This document shows positions 10,207 to 19,663 of a DNA stretch of 64,000 bases, one piece after another. Position 1 is the stretch's first letter; every line of letters starts with the position of its first letter. The stretch spans positions 96,001 through 160,000 of the forward strand of contig CBDDBZ010000035.1 of the NCBI GenBank assembly GCA_965225945.1, in the 5' to 3' direction. Below the pieces are notes generated by a model, which saw only the letters and a list, made by a program, of their open reading frames with translations, was not told the origin of the DNA and ran no database searches. The stretch is from Alphaproteobacteria bacterium (lineage in GTDB: Bacteria > Pseudomonadota > Alphaproteobacteria > GCA-2731375). Position numbers and translations under genes: made by a program.

Positions 10207-11403
10207 TCACACCACGCCGCGCTGCTTGAGGCTCTGATAGTCGCGCTCGCCGACGTCGCAGAGCTCGGCCAGCAGACCTTCCGTGTGCTCGCCCAGCATC
10301 GGTGGCCGCTCGATGTCGGCGGGCGAGGCCGAGAGCTTTATCGGGCACCCCACCGTCTTGTAGAGGCCGCGCGTCGGGTACTCCAATTCCACGATCATGT
10401 CGCGCGCCTCAAGGTGCGGGTCGGACAGCACCTCGCCGGTGTCCTGGCAGGCGCCGGACGGCACCCCGGCGGCGCCCAGGACGCGCATCACCTCGTGCTT
10501 GTCGCGCCCGAGCGTCCACTCGGTGACGATTCGCTCCAGCGCCTCGCGGTTCTCCCAGCGCGAGTCCGGGTTCTGGAAGCGTTCGTCCTCGGCCAGCTCC
10601 GGCCGCTCGATGGCCTGGACGAAGGCGGGCCACATCTGCGGCTGGCAGAAAATGAAGACATGGTCGTTGGGACCGCCCGGGGCGCAGGGAAAAGTCGTGC
10701 CCGGCACCGTCTTGCCGAGCTGGTTGCCGTTGCGTCCCTGCACCTCGCCGTGGCGCTGGTGGTCGCGCAGGCTGACCCGCATCAGGTTGACCACCGCATC
10801 CTGCATCGCCACCTCGACATGCTGGCCCTCGCCGGTGGCATGGCGTTGCTGCAAGGCCGCCAGAACGCCGACCACCATGTGCATGCCGGTGCCGGAATCT
10901 CCGATCGAGGGCCAGACGTAGGTCGGCGGATTGCCCGGATGGCCGGTCGTCGTCATCGCCCCGCCCATGGCCTGGGCGATCGGCTCGAACGACTTGAAAT
11001 CGCTGTAGGGCCCGTAGGTGCCGAAGCCCTTGATGGTGGCGTAGATGAAGCCGGGGTTGATCTCCTTCAACACCTCGTAGCCGAGGCCGAGGCGGTCGAG
11101 GGCGCCGGGCGCGAAGTTTTCGACCAGCACGTCCGACTTGGCGACCAATTGCTTGAACAGCTCCTTGCCCTCGTCGGCCTTCAGGTTCAGCGTCAGGCTC
11201 CGCTTGTTGGCGTTGAAGGAGAGGAAGAACAGGCTGTCGCTCTCGGGGATGTCGCGCAGGTTGGTACGGGCGACGTCGCCCTTGCCCGGCTGCTCGAGCT
11301 TGATCACTTCGGCGCCGAGCCAGGCCAGGATCTGGGTGCAGGCGGGACCGGCCTGATTGTGCGTCAGGTCGATGATGCGAATTCCGTCCAGCGCCTTGCT
11401 CAT
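10207..11403 (-). CDS. frc: Formyl-CoA transferase-like class III CoA-transferase (CaiB/BaiF)
   Basis: MSKALDGIRIIDLTHNQAGPACTQILAWLGA, NANKRSLTLNLK, ENFAPG, IGDSGTGMH, PPMLGEHT. SD GGAGG precedes the ATG at 11403. Confidence 0.8.
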   Translation of the reverse strand: MSKALDGIRIIDLTHNQAGPACTQILAWLGAEVIKLEQPGKGDVARTNLRDIPESDSLFFLSFNANKRSLTLNLKADEGKELFKQLVAKSDVLVENFAPGALDRLGLGYEVLKEINPGFIYATIKGFGTYGPYSDFKSFEPIAQAMGGAMTTTGHPGNPPTYVWPSIGDSGTGMHMVVGVLAALQQRHATGEGQHVEVAMQDAVVNLMRVSLRDHQRHGEVQGRNGNQLGKTVPGTTFPCAPGGPNDHVFIFCQPQMWPAFVQAIERPELAEDERFQNPDSRWENREALERIVTEWTLGRDKHEVMRVLGAAGVPSGACQDTGEVLSDPHLEARDMIVELEYPTRGLYKTVGCPIKLSASPADIERPPMLGEHTEGLLAELCDVGERDYQSLKQRGVV

Positions 11404-11476
11404 CTTCTTCCTCCCGCCTGTCAAACTCTCGCGAAACGCGGCCGGACGGTACCATGTCGCCACCCCGGCGGGCCAC

Positions 11477-12763
11477 TCAAGCCCAGGCGGCGACCCTCGG
11501 CGACGGCAGGATGGTGCCCGAAACCTCGCCGAAGCCGACCCGATGGCCCTCGCCCTGGCACCAGCCGGTGATGGTCACCGTGTCGCCGTCCTCCAGGAAC
11601 GTCCGCTCGCCACCACCCTCGAGGCGGAGCGGCGCCTGGCCGTTTCGCGTCAACTCCAGCAGGCTACCGAGGGAGTCCGGATCCGGCCCGCTGATGGTCC
11701 CGGAGCCCAGCAGATCACCCGGCGCCATGGCGCAGCCGCCGACCGCGTGGTGCGCGAGCTGCTGCGCGCCCGACCAATACATATGGCGGAAGTTGGTGCG
11801 GCAGATCACGCTTCCGCGCGATGCACCGGCCGGGCGAAGCGTGGTCTCCAGGTGGACGTCGAGGCCTCGTGGCTCCCCCTGGCGGAGGTAGGGCAGCGGT
11901 GGCGGTGCCTGCTCCGGGCCGGCCACGCGGAACGGCGCCAGCGCCTCAGCCGTCACCACCCAGGGCGAGATCGAGGTGGCGAAGACCTTGGACTGGAACG
12001 GCCCCAACGGCACGTATTCCCAGGTTTGAATATCGCGCGCGCTCCAATCGTTCAGCAGCACGTAGCCGAAGATCATCGCCTCGGCCTCGCCGAGGGTCAG
12101 CGGCCGGCCCATCGCGTTGCCGGTGCCGACCACGGCGCCCATCTCCAGCTCGATGTCGAGCTTGGCGCATGGCCCGAAGATCGGTGCCTCGGCCTCGGGT
12201 GGCTTGCTCTGGCCGAGCGGGCGGTGGATCGCGGTGCCGCTCGCGACGACGGTGCTGGCCCGGCCGTTGTAGCCGATCGGCAGATGCAGCCAGTTGGCGG
12301 GAAGCGCGTTCTCGGGCCCGCGAAACATCCGGCCGACGTTGCTGGCGTGCTCCTTGGAGGCATAGAAATCGGTGTAGCCGCCGACCTCGATCGGCAGGCG
12401 CAACCGCGCCTCGGGCGTCGGGACGAGCGCCCGGCCGCGCAGCGACTCGTCGTCCCGCAGGCGGTCGTTGTCGCAATCGAGCAGGTCCGCGACCGTGGCG
12501 CGGACCGAGGCCCAGACATGCGCGCCCCGGGCCATGAAGGCGTTGAGGCTGGCGCCCTCGAAGACCGCCTCGCCCGCGTCCACCAGGCCGGCCCGTTCCA
12601 ACACCGCGAGGTCGAGAATTTGCTCGCCGATGGCGATGCCGACGCGTGGCCCCGGCGCCGCCACCGTCTCGAAGACGCCAAGGGGAAGGTTCTGGATCGG
12701 AAAATGGCCTTCCGCGTCGTCGGCGCCGGCGACCAAACTCCGCCGTTCGGCGCCGATGCTCAC
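11477..12763 (-). CDS. fahA: Fumarylacetoacetase
   Basis: HFPIQNLPLGVF, YTDFYASKEHA.NVG, PIGYNGRAS, LDIELEMG, LLNDWSARDIQ.WEYVPLGPF, GDLLGSGTISG. GTG start overlaps the hmgA stop. Confidence 0.95.
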   Translation of the reverse strand: MSIGAERRSLVAGADDAEGHFPIQNLPLGVFETVAAPGPRVGIAIGEQILDLAVLERAGLVDAGEAVFEGASLNAFMARGAHVWASVRATVADLLDCDNDRLRDDESLRGRALVPTPEARLRLPIEVGGYTDFYASKEHASNVGRMFRGPENALPANWLHLPIGYNGRASTVVASGTAIHRPLGQSKPPEAEAPIFGPCAKLDIELEMGAVVGTGNAMGRPLTLGEAEAMIFGYVLLNDWSARDIQTWEYVPLGPFQSKVFATSISPWVVTAEALAPFRVAGPEQAPPPLPYLRQGEPRGLDVHLETTLRPAGASRGSVICRTNFRHMYWSGAQQLAHHAVGGCAMAPGDLLGSGTISGPDPDSLGSLLELTRNGQAPLRLEGGGERTFLEDGDTVTITGWCQGEGHRVGFGEVSGTILPSPRVAAWA

Positions 12764-13902
12764 TCCGCCGCGGCCTTCCAGCTGTCGACATAGGCCTCGT
12801 TCTCGACGCCCGGGGGAAGCTCGCCCAAATCCAAGGCGTCGCGGGTGTCGATCATGACGGCGTATTCGTCGCTCACCGGCTTCGGCTGGGTGAACATGTT
12901 GCGGAGCGCCTTGGGATGCGGTCCGTGGGTGAAGCCGCAAGGATGGAAGGTCATCATCCCGGCCTCGATGCCGTCGCGAGAGAAGAAGTCGCCGGCGTGA
13001 TAGAACAACACCTCGTCATAGTCGTGATTGTCGTGGAAGAACGGCACCTTGAGCGCGCCCGGATCACTCTCGAAGGGGCGGGGTGCAAAGGTGCAGACGA
13101 CGAAGCGGTCGGCCATGAACGTGGTATGGGCCGAGGGCGGCAGGTGGTAGCGGTGGCTCGTCAACGGCCGGATATCACGAACATTGAGGCGGACCGGCGA
13201 GAGATCGCCCTTCCAACCCACCGCGTCGAGCGGATTGAAGGGGAAGGTGACGGTGCTGACGGCGTCGCGCCGCTTGATCCGGATCCGCCATTCTTCGTCG
13301 GCCGCCTTCCCGTCGCGCTGCGCCCGGAAGGCCTCGTCCAGCGCCGGACGCGCCAGGGTCGCGGGATCGAAGATCGCGTGCGCCCCCACCAGCCCCCTGT
13401 CGGGCAGGCCGTAGCTCGCATTGGTCGCCTCGATCATCAGCGCGCTCAGCGGCGAGGTGCATTCGAGCCGCCACATCGTCGCCCGGGGCAGCATGACGTA
13501 GTCGCCCACCTCGAGCGCGAGATGGCCGAAATCGCAAAACAAATCGGCCGCGCCCTGGTGGATGAACAGCAGATCGTCGCCGTCGCCGTTCCGGGCCAGG
13601 TGGTCCATCCGCTCCGGCGCGCGCCAGAAGCGGATTTTGCAATGGGCGTTGTGGAGCACGGTGGGCGCGTCCCAGGGCGAGGCTTCGATGCGGTTCAGCG
13701 CGCATAGATCGAAGGCCCGGGGTCGAAGCGGCCCCTCCCAATCGATCCAGCCGGTCGGCGGGTTGCGGTGATAGATATGCGCCGCCGGGCCGAAGAATCC
13801 GTTCTTGCTGATTTCCCTCTCGTAGGTGCCCTCGGGCAAATCGGCATGGGCCTGGCGGGTCGCCTCGCCCTCGACATGATGGATGGCAATGGGGTTCTTC
13901 AT
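12760..13902 (-). CDS. hmgA: Homogentisate 1,2-dioxygenase
   Basis: RQAHADLPEGTYERE, RNGDGDDLLFIHQG, HRYHLPPSAH, PFFHDNHDYDEVLFYH, HPCGFTHGPHP, AVMIDTR. Confidence 0.93.
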   Translation of the reverse strand: MKNPIAIHHVEGEATRQAHADLPEGTYEREISKNGFFGPAAHIYHRNPPTGWIDWEGPLRPRAFDLCALNRIEASPWDAPTVLHNAHCKIRFWRAPERMDHLARNGDGDDLLFIHQGAADLFCDFGHLALEVGDYVMLPRATMWRLECTSPLSALMIEATNASYGLPDRGLVGAHAIFDPATLARPALDEAFRAQRDGKAADEEWRIRIKRRDAVSTVTFPFNPLDAVGWKGDLSPVRLNVRDIRPLTSHRYHLPPSAHTTFMADRFVVCTFAPRPFESDPGALKVPFFHDNHDYDEVLFYHAGDFFSRDGIEAGMMTFHPCGFTHGPHPKALRNMFTQPKPVSDEYAVMIDTRDALDLGELPPGVENEAYVDSWKAAAE

Positions 13903-13994
13903 CGTCGCTCTCCCGAAGTCGGCCGCGCCGTGCTTATGGTAGCATGCTCGGATCGTCTCGAGGCGACCCGCCGGACCCCTCGACTCAGGCTCCG

Positions 13995-15479
13995 TCAGTC
14001 CCTCCGGTCGCCGACGGCGCCGCGGTCGATCTGGTCGCGCTCGATCGATTCGAACAGTGCCTTGAAGTTACCCTCGCCGAAACCCTCGTCGCCCTTGCGC
14101 TGGATGAACTCGAAGAACACCGGCCCCAGCAGGGTCTGGGAGAAGATCTGCAGCAGCAGCCGGACGTCGCCCCCCATGGTGGTGCCGTCGAGCAGGATGC
14201 CGCGCGATTTCAAGCCCGCCACCGGTTCGCCGTGGCCGGGCAGGCGCTGCTCCAGCATGGCGTAGTAGGCATCGGACGGCGCCGGCATGAAGTCCAAGCC
14301 CGCCGAGCGCAACCTGTCGACGGTCGCCGGCAGGTCCTCGCAAGAAAGCGCGATGTGCTGAATGCCCTCGCCGTTGAAGGCCAGAAGAAACTCCTCGATC
14401 TGCCCCCCGCCGGCCCCAGATTCCTCGTTCAGGGGAATGCGGATCTTGCCGTCGGGCGCGGTGAGTGCTTTGCTGGTCAGGCCGGTGTATTCGCCCGAGA
14501 TGTCGAAATGGCGCAGTTCGCGGAAACCGAACAGATGCTCGTAGAAGCCCGCCCAATGCGCCATGCGGCCGCGATAGACATTGTGGGTCAGGTGATCGAT
14601 GAGCTTCAGGCCGTGCCCAACGGGGCGGCGCTCGGCCCCCTCGAGCCAACGAAAATCGATGTCGTAGATCGACGCGCCGTCCTCGAAGCGGTCGATCAGA
14701 TAGATCGACGCCCCGCCGATGCCCCGAATTGCCGGCAGCTTCAACTCCATGGGCCCGGTCGGAATGTCGATCGGTTGCGCGCCGAGCTCGATCGCCCGGG
14801 CGTGGGCGAGGTGCGAATCACCGACCCGGAAGGCCAGGCCACAGGCCGAAGGTCCGTGCTCGTCGGCGAAATAGGCGGCGAGCGACCGTGGTGCCTTGTT
14901 GACGATGAAGTTGATCCCGCCCTGACGCCAAAGATCGACCTCCTTCGAGCGATGGCGTGCGACCTTGGCAAAACCGAGCGTCGTGAAGGCTTGCTCGAGA
15001 AGTTCCGGGTTCGGTGCCGCGAACTCGACGAACTCGAAGCCCTCGAGCCCCATCGGGTTGTCCACCGTCGGCGCGGGCCGCGCGCCGACGGCGGAACTCG
15101 AGACGCTCGCCACCCCGGCTTCCGCCGCGTCGGTTTCCAGATCGATGAAATGCACGCCGAACTGATTGGCGGCCCGGTAGGCGACCTCGCACCACCTCGG
15201 TCCACTTTGGCCGAAATCGAGCTCAAACCGGTCGGGCACCTCCGACACCGTTTCGAAAAACAACCTGGCGCCGCTCCGCGACAGGTTTCGTACGGTGCAG
15301 TCGATCACGCTCTGGCGATCGTTGTAGATCACCTTGGCGGCAAGCAGCGTGCGTCGGCGACGGTCCGCCAACATTCGGCGCTCGTCGCCGCCGCGCTGCT
15401 CCGTCTCGGTCGGCGCCTCGACGATACGCCGCTCCTCACGGGCTCTGCGTTCCTCGGCTCGCCGACGTTTCTCGATCAC
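13995..15479 (-). CDS. hppD: 4-hydroxyphenylpyruvate dioxygenase with an N-terminal PilZ domain
   Basis: C-terminal ~355 aa is HppD ([70 protein letters not shown]). The in-frame N-terminal part is a PilZ domain ([10 protein letters not shown]...[14 protein letters not shown]...FGVHF). Likely start is GTG at 15479, after GGAGCGAGG. Confidence 0.88.
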   Translation of the reverse strand: MIEKRRRAEERRAREERRIVEAPTETEQRGGDERRMLADRRRRTLLAAKVIYNDRQSVIDCTVRNLSRSGARLFFETVSEVPDRFELDFGQSGPRWCEVAYRAANQFGVHFIDLETDAAEAGVASVSSSAVGARPAPTVDNPMGLEGFEFVEFAAPNPELLEQAFTTLGFAKVARHRSKEVDLWRQGGINFIVNKAPRSLAAYFADEHGPSACGLAFRVGDSHLAHARAIELGAQPIDIPTGPMELKLPAIRGIGGASIYLIDRFEDGASIYDIDFRWLEGAERRPVGHGLKLIDHLTHNVYRGRMAHWAGFYEHLFGFRELRHFDISGEYTGLTSKALTAPDGKIRIPLNEESGAGGGQIEEFLLAFNGEGIQHIALSCEDLPATVDRLRSAGLDFMPAPSDAYYAMLEQRLPGHGEPVAGLKSRGILLDGTTMGGDVRLLLQIFSQTLLGPVFFEFIQRKGDEGFGEGNFKALFESIERDQIDRGAVGDRRD

Positions 15480-15764
15480 GCCTCGCTCCCTATCTCGCTC
15501 TCGGCGTCGGCTCGTCCCGGCATTCGACGATATCCGAGCACCACGCGCGTTTCGCGACCGGTGCGCCTCGCCAAGCGCCATATTCGATTGTTGTTACGAA
15601 ATCCAACAATTCGAGCATGGCGATAACGGAATAGACTCACGGCGTAACCATATAATATTTGTGCCTATTAAGGAACCCGCGCTCAGACGATTTCATTGGT
15701 TTTGAAATCGATATCAAGACATGTTGAAAGAATAGAGTCGCCGACACTTCAATTCGTTTTGCCG

Positions 15765-15780
15765 TTAAGGTGTCATTAAC
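15765..15780 (+). promoter_or_regulatory. CtrA binding box (TTAA-N7-TTAAC)
   Basis: TTAA-GGTGTCA-TTAAC exactly matches the alphaproteobacterial CtrA consensus and lies in an AT-rich divergent intergenic region. Confidence 0.65.
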
Positions 15781-15798
15781 CCATCAAGTGGCGGGAGC

Positions 15799-16335
15799 GT
15801 GGTCCGGACCACGGGGCAGCAAGCGTGGGAGACGAACACAGATGACGGCGATCAAGGGTTTTGCGATAGGCGCGATCGCAATGGGAACCATGTCGACGGC
15901 GGCAAGCTGAACGGCGCCAATGGTCATGGGCTGCATCACGGCACCGGCGGCAATGGCGTCGCGATGCCACCGACGCATCTGGTTTCGACGAACGACCGCT
16001 TGGAAAACCACCGGGATCCCAGCCGCCCACGACTGATCGACTCGATTGTCGATACCCGGCAGGCGCCGGTCGAGCGGACACCGCCACGGGCGTTGCGCCC
16101 GAGTCCCCGGCGCTGGACGGTAACCGGCGGCGCGGGCGATGCCGAGCAGAATCTCGACCGGCAGGCGACGGACGACCCGATCAAGCTGGTGCAAAAGCTC
16201 AATCAGGCGATGAACGCGGCGGATCGGATCGGCCTTGTCGTCAAACCGAACATCTCGACCGCGACGTCGCAGTTCGGTGGCACAGGCTCGGCCGGCCACA
16301 TGGCGAGCATCAAGGTCTCTCGCAAGCTCTGCTAG
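15799..16335 (+). CDS. Hypothetical protein
   Basis: 178-aa ORF just downstream of the CtrA box. The C-terminal part looks protein-like (DDPIKLVQKLNQAMNAADRIGLVVKP). Start uncertain; no family recognised. Confidence 0.45.
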   Translation: MVRTTGQQAWETNTDDGDQGFCDRRDRNGNHVDGGKLNGANGHGLHHGTGGNGVAMPPTHLVSTNDRLENHRDPSRPRLIDSIVDTRQAPVERTPPRALRPSPRRWTVTGGAGDAEQNLDRQATDDPIKLVQKLNQAMNAADRIGLVVKPNISTATSQFGGTGSAGHMASIKVSRKLC

Positions 16336-16550
16336 AGCGTGCGACGGCCCTCACGAACAATTCTCCGCGCGGTCGCCCGCGACGGGGCGCGAGCGGGCAA
16401 ATGCCCGCTTGGCTTCGGTGCGCGCGTCTACAGGGTGGACGGTAATCGGCCTTGTCGTCAAACCGAACATCTCGACCGCGACGTCGCAGTTCGGTGGCAC
16501 AGGCTCGGCCGGCCACATGGCGAGCATCAAGGTCTCTCGCAAGCTCTGCT
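16228..16550. repeat. 106-bp perfect direct repeat (16228-16333 and 16445-16550)
   Basis: ATCGGCCTTGTCGTCAAACCG...CGCAAGCTCTGCT occurs twice, offset by 217 bp. Confidence 0.95.
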
Positions 16551-16597
16551 CGGGGGAGCGGCGCGGTCGGGACATCCGTCGATGGTATCACAAGGAG

Positions 16598-17869
16598 CTA
16601 CAGGATATCCGCCTTGGCGTACCAGGGCTCCGGGACCAAACTTTCGATCCCCAGCCATTCCGCTAGTTCGCGCGCCATGGTGGGACCACTACGGTCGCGC
16701 TCGGTGTCGATTTCCACGGCGACCGTCATGCCGGCGCGCAGCTTCGGCTGCCCTTCGGCCTGCTCCAGCTTGATCCTGACCGGCACCCGCTGCACCACCT
16801 TGACCCAGTTGCCCGAGGCGTTCTGCGGCGGCAGGAGAGAGAACTCGGCGCCGGTCGCGGGCGCGATGCTGTCGACCGTGCCGGTCCAGGTGACGTCGGG
16901 ATAGGAATCGACGACGAAATTGACCTTTTGGCCGATCACGACGTGCGTGAGCTGGGTTTCCTTCAGGTTCGCCTCGACCCAGGGCCGGTCGACCTGCACC
17001 AGCGAGAAGAGCGCATCTCCCTCTTCCACATACTCGCCCGCCTGCAGTTTGATGTTGGAGACGATGCCGTCGGCCGGCGCCATCACGTTGGTGCGATCGA
17101 AGTCGAGCTCGGCCCGATCCAGGGCGGCCAGCGCGCGCAGGAACTTCGGGTGATCCCCTACCTTGACCTTGGCGTTGCCGCCGAGCTCGGCTAACAGCAT
17201 GCGATTGCGCTCGCGCACCGTGTCGACCTCGCGCTTGGCCATCTCGGACAGATGCTCGGCCTGGTCGAGCTTGACGTTGGTGCCGACGCCGCGCCGGGTC
17301 AGGGTCTGCTGGCGCTTGTGCTCGGCGTCGAGATAGCGGACTCGTTCCTGCAATTGGTCGACCTGTCGGGCACCCGCGCGAAAGGCCGCCCGCATCGACT
17401 CGATCTCCGCGCGCACGCGATCGAGTTCCGCCTTTGCCTCCTGGATCTCGATCTCGAAGGGGCGGGGATCGATGCGGAACAGCACCTGTCCCCCGTTGAC
17501 CTGTTCGTTCTCGCGCACGTCGATGTCGATGATGCGGCCCCGCACATCGGTGCTGATGGCGATGACGTCGGCCTTCACATAGGCGTTTTCCGTCGTCACC
17601 CAACGCATGCTCTCGCCCCAGATCAGGGCGCCGTAGAACGCCGCCCAGAGCGGCAGGAGCACCATCAACACGAGGCGAATCAGCGGCCGAAAGAAGCGCA
17701 GGGTATGGCGCATCTTGTGCCGCGACCGGCTGGCCGTCGGTCCCTCGGAACGCGCCGGCGCGTCCGCGTCGGCCGCGAATTCCGGCGCGACCGGCTCGGC
17801 CGCGCTGTCCTGGTCGTCGTCCACCACCGCGACCGGAGCATCGCTCTTCCTCGCGGCCGGATCAGCCAT
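16598..17869 (-). CDS. HlyD/EmrA-family membrane fusion protein
   Basis: TM anchor, TTENAYVKAD, ANLKETQL, IAPATGAEFSLLPPQNASGNWVKVVQRVPVRI, LRAGMTV. Confidence 0.92.
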   Translation of the reverse strand: MADPAARKSDAPVAVVDDDQDSAAEPVAPEFAADADAPARSEGPTASRSRHKMRHTLRFFRPLIRLVLMVLLPLWAAFYGALIWGESMRWVTTENAYVKADVIAISTDVRGRIIDIDVRENEQVNGGQVLFRIDPRPFEIEIQEAKAELDRVRAEIESMRAAFRAGARQVDQLQERVRYLDAEHKRQQTLTRRGVGTNVKLDQAEHLSEMAKREVDTVRERNRMLLAELGGNAKVKVGDHPKFLRALAALDRAELDFDRTNVMAPADGIVSNIKLQAGEYVEEGDALFSLVQVDRPWVEANLKETQLTHVVIGQKVNFVVDSYPDVTWTGTVDSIAPATGAEFSLLPPQNASGNWVKVVQRVPVRIKLEQAEGQPKLRAGMTVAVEIDTERDRSGPTMARELAEWLGIESLVPEPWYAKADIL

Positions 17870-18362
17870 GGCCGCCAGCCGCCTGTTTTTCGTCGCCCTC
17901 GCCCGCTCCGTTGGAGGACGAGGAGAGTAAATTTCCCTTGATCTGGACCAGCAGCGAGATCAGAAGCTCCTGCTCCTCCTGGCCGACGCCGTCGAAGGCT
18001 TGGCCCCTGACCTCGGCCGCCTTGGCCCGCATGGTCTGCATCAGGACTTCGACCTCGCCCGTGAGATAGACCCGCTTGACCCGTCGGTCGTCGGGGTCCG
18101 GCCGCCGCTCGACCCAGCTCTTTTCCGCCAGCCGGTCCAGCAGGCGGCCGAGCGTCGCCCGCTCGACGTCCAGCAGACCGGAAAGCTCGGTTTGCGTGAT
18201 GCCCTCGTTGAAATATAGATAGGTCAGCACCCACCATTGGGAGCGGGTCAATCCCAGGTGCCGCATCTTGCGGTCGTAGTCGGTGCGCATCAGTCGGGCC
18301 ACGTCATGCAGCAGAAAGCCGATGTTGCGGTCCGCCGACTCGCGCTGATCAAGTCGGGGCAT
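17862..18362 (-). CDS. MarR/SlyA-family transcriptional regulator
   Basis: IGFLLHDVARLMR, GLTRSQWWVL, TLGRLLDRL...WVERRPDPDDRRVKRVYLT. Confidence 0.93.
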   Translation of the reverse strand: MPRLDQRESADRNIGFLLHDVARLMRTDYDRKMRHLGLTRSQWWVLTYLYFNEGITQTELSGLLDVERATLGRLLDRLAEKSWVERRPDPDDRRVKRVYLTGEVEVLMQTMRAKAAEVRGQAFDGVGQEEQELLISLLVQIKGNLLSSSSNGAGEGDEKQAAGGHG

Positions 18363-18398
18363 CTTTCGAGGGCCTCGGATCGTTGCGCGACGATTTTC

Positions 18399-18429
18399 GT
18401 TGCCTAAACAACAATAAGCAATCTTATTG
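18399..18429. promoter_or_regulatory. Putative MarR operator (adjacent inverted repeats)
   Basis: GTTG-CCTAAA-CAAC (18399-18412) and CAATAAG-CAAT-CTTATTG (18412-18429) lie in the marR/mtnA divergent region. Confidence 0.5.
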
Positions 18430-18481
18430 CGGCGTTCGCGACAATTTTCTCGGCCGGCGGTCGAAGAAAGGAGACCAGGCG

Positions 18482-19579
18482 ATGAAGGTGGGCGAACGAC
18501 ACTATCGCAGTATCTGGCGGGAGCCGGAGGGGGCCTGCGTGGCGGTGATCGACCAGACCCTGCTACCGCATGAATTCGCCATCCGGCGGCTCCGGAGCCT
18601 TGACGACGCGGTCGCGGCGATCCGCGACATGGTGGTCCGCGGCGCGCCGCTGATCGGCGCCACGGCCGCCTATGGAATCTGCCTGGCCCTGGCCGAGGAT
18701 TCGAGCGACGACACCTTCCGGACCGCGCGCGAGGCGCTGTTCCAGGCCCGCCCGACGGCGGTCAACCTGGGCTGGGCGTTGGACGACATGGCCGCCCACG
18801 TTCTGCCGTCGCCCCCGGGCGAGCGGCTCGAGGCGGCCTGGCGGCGGGCCGAGGCGATCGCGGACGACGACGTCGCGACTTGTGCCGCCATCGGCCGGCA
18901 CGGCGAGGCCCTGCTGCGCCGGGCCTGGCAGGCCAAGGGGGAGCGCGGCCGGGTCAACGTGTTGACCCACTGCAACGCCGGCTGGCTGGCGACGGTCGAT
19001 TGGGGCACCGCCTTGGCGCCGATCTACCGAACCCATGATGCCGGCATCCCGGTCCACGTCTGGGTCGACGAGACGCGGCCGCGCAACCAGGGCGCGGGCC
19101 TGACCGCCTGGGAGCTGCTGAGCCACGGCGTTCCCCACACCGTCATCGTCGACAACGCCGGCGGCCACCTGATGCAGGCCGGCGAGGTCGACCTCTGTAT
19201 CACCGGCACCGACCGGACGGCGGCGAACGGCGACGTCTGCAACAAGATCGGCACCTATCTGAAGGCACTCGCGGCGCACGACAACGAAGTGCCGTTCTAT
19301 GTGGCGCTGCCCCATTCGACGATCGACTGGGACCTGGAGGTAGGCGTCGGCCGGGTGGCGATCGAGGAGCGCGCGGCCGACGAGGTGACCCATCTCGCCG
19401 GCCGAACCGAGGACGGCTCCGTGGTGCGCGTCGCGCTGACGCCCGAGGCGACGCCCGCCGCCAACTTCGCCTTCGACGTGACACCGGCCCGCCTGGTCAC
19501 CGCGCTGATCACCGAGCGGGGCGTCTGCCGGGCCAGCGCGGAGGGCCTGCTGGGGCTCTATCCGGAGCGCGGCGAATAG
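18482..19579 (+). CDS. mtnA: S-methyl-5-thioribose-1-phosphate isomerase
   Basis: IDQTLLPH, MVVRGAPLIG, ARPTAVNL, LTHCNAGWLATVDWGTAL, DETRPRNQGA.LT.WE, NKIGTY, FDVTP. SD AAGGAG precedes the ATG at 18482. Confidence 0.95.
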   Translation: MKVGERHYRSIWREPEGACVAVIDQTLLPHEFAIRRLRSLDDAVAAIRDMVVRGAPLIGATAAYGICLALAEDSSDDTFRTAREALFQARPTAVNLGWALDDMAAHVLPSPPGERLEAAWRRAEAIADDDVATCAAIGRHGEALLRRAWQAKGERGRVNVLTHCNAGWLATVDWGTALAPIYRTHDAGIPVHVWVDETRPRNQGAGLTAWELLSHGVPHTVIVDNAGGHLMQAGEVDLCITGTDRTAANGDVCNKIGTYLKALAAHDNEVPFYVALPHSTIDWDLEVGVGRVAIEERAADEVTHLAGRTEDGSVVRVALTPEATPAANFAFDVTPARLVTALITERGVCRASAEGLLGLYPERGE

Positions 19580-19663
19580 CGCCGACGGCGCGTTGCCGGC
19601 GCGACGGGGATTGGCTACAAGGCGCCGACGCGCTCGAGCGATGCGCCTTCGGAAAAGGATCGG

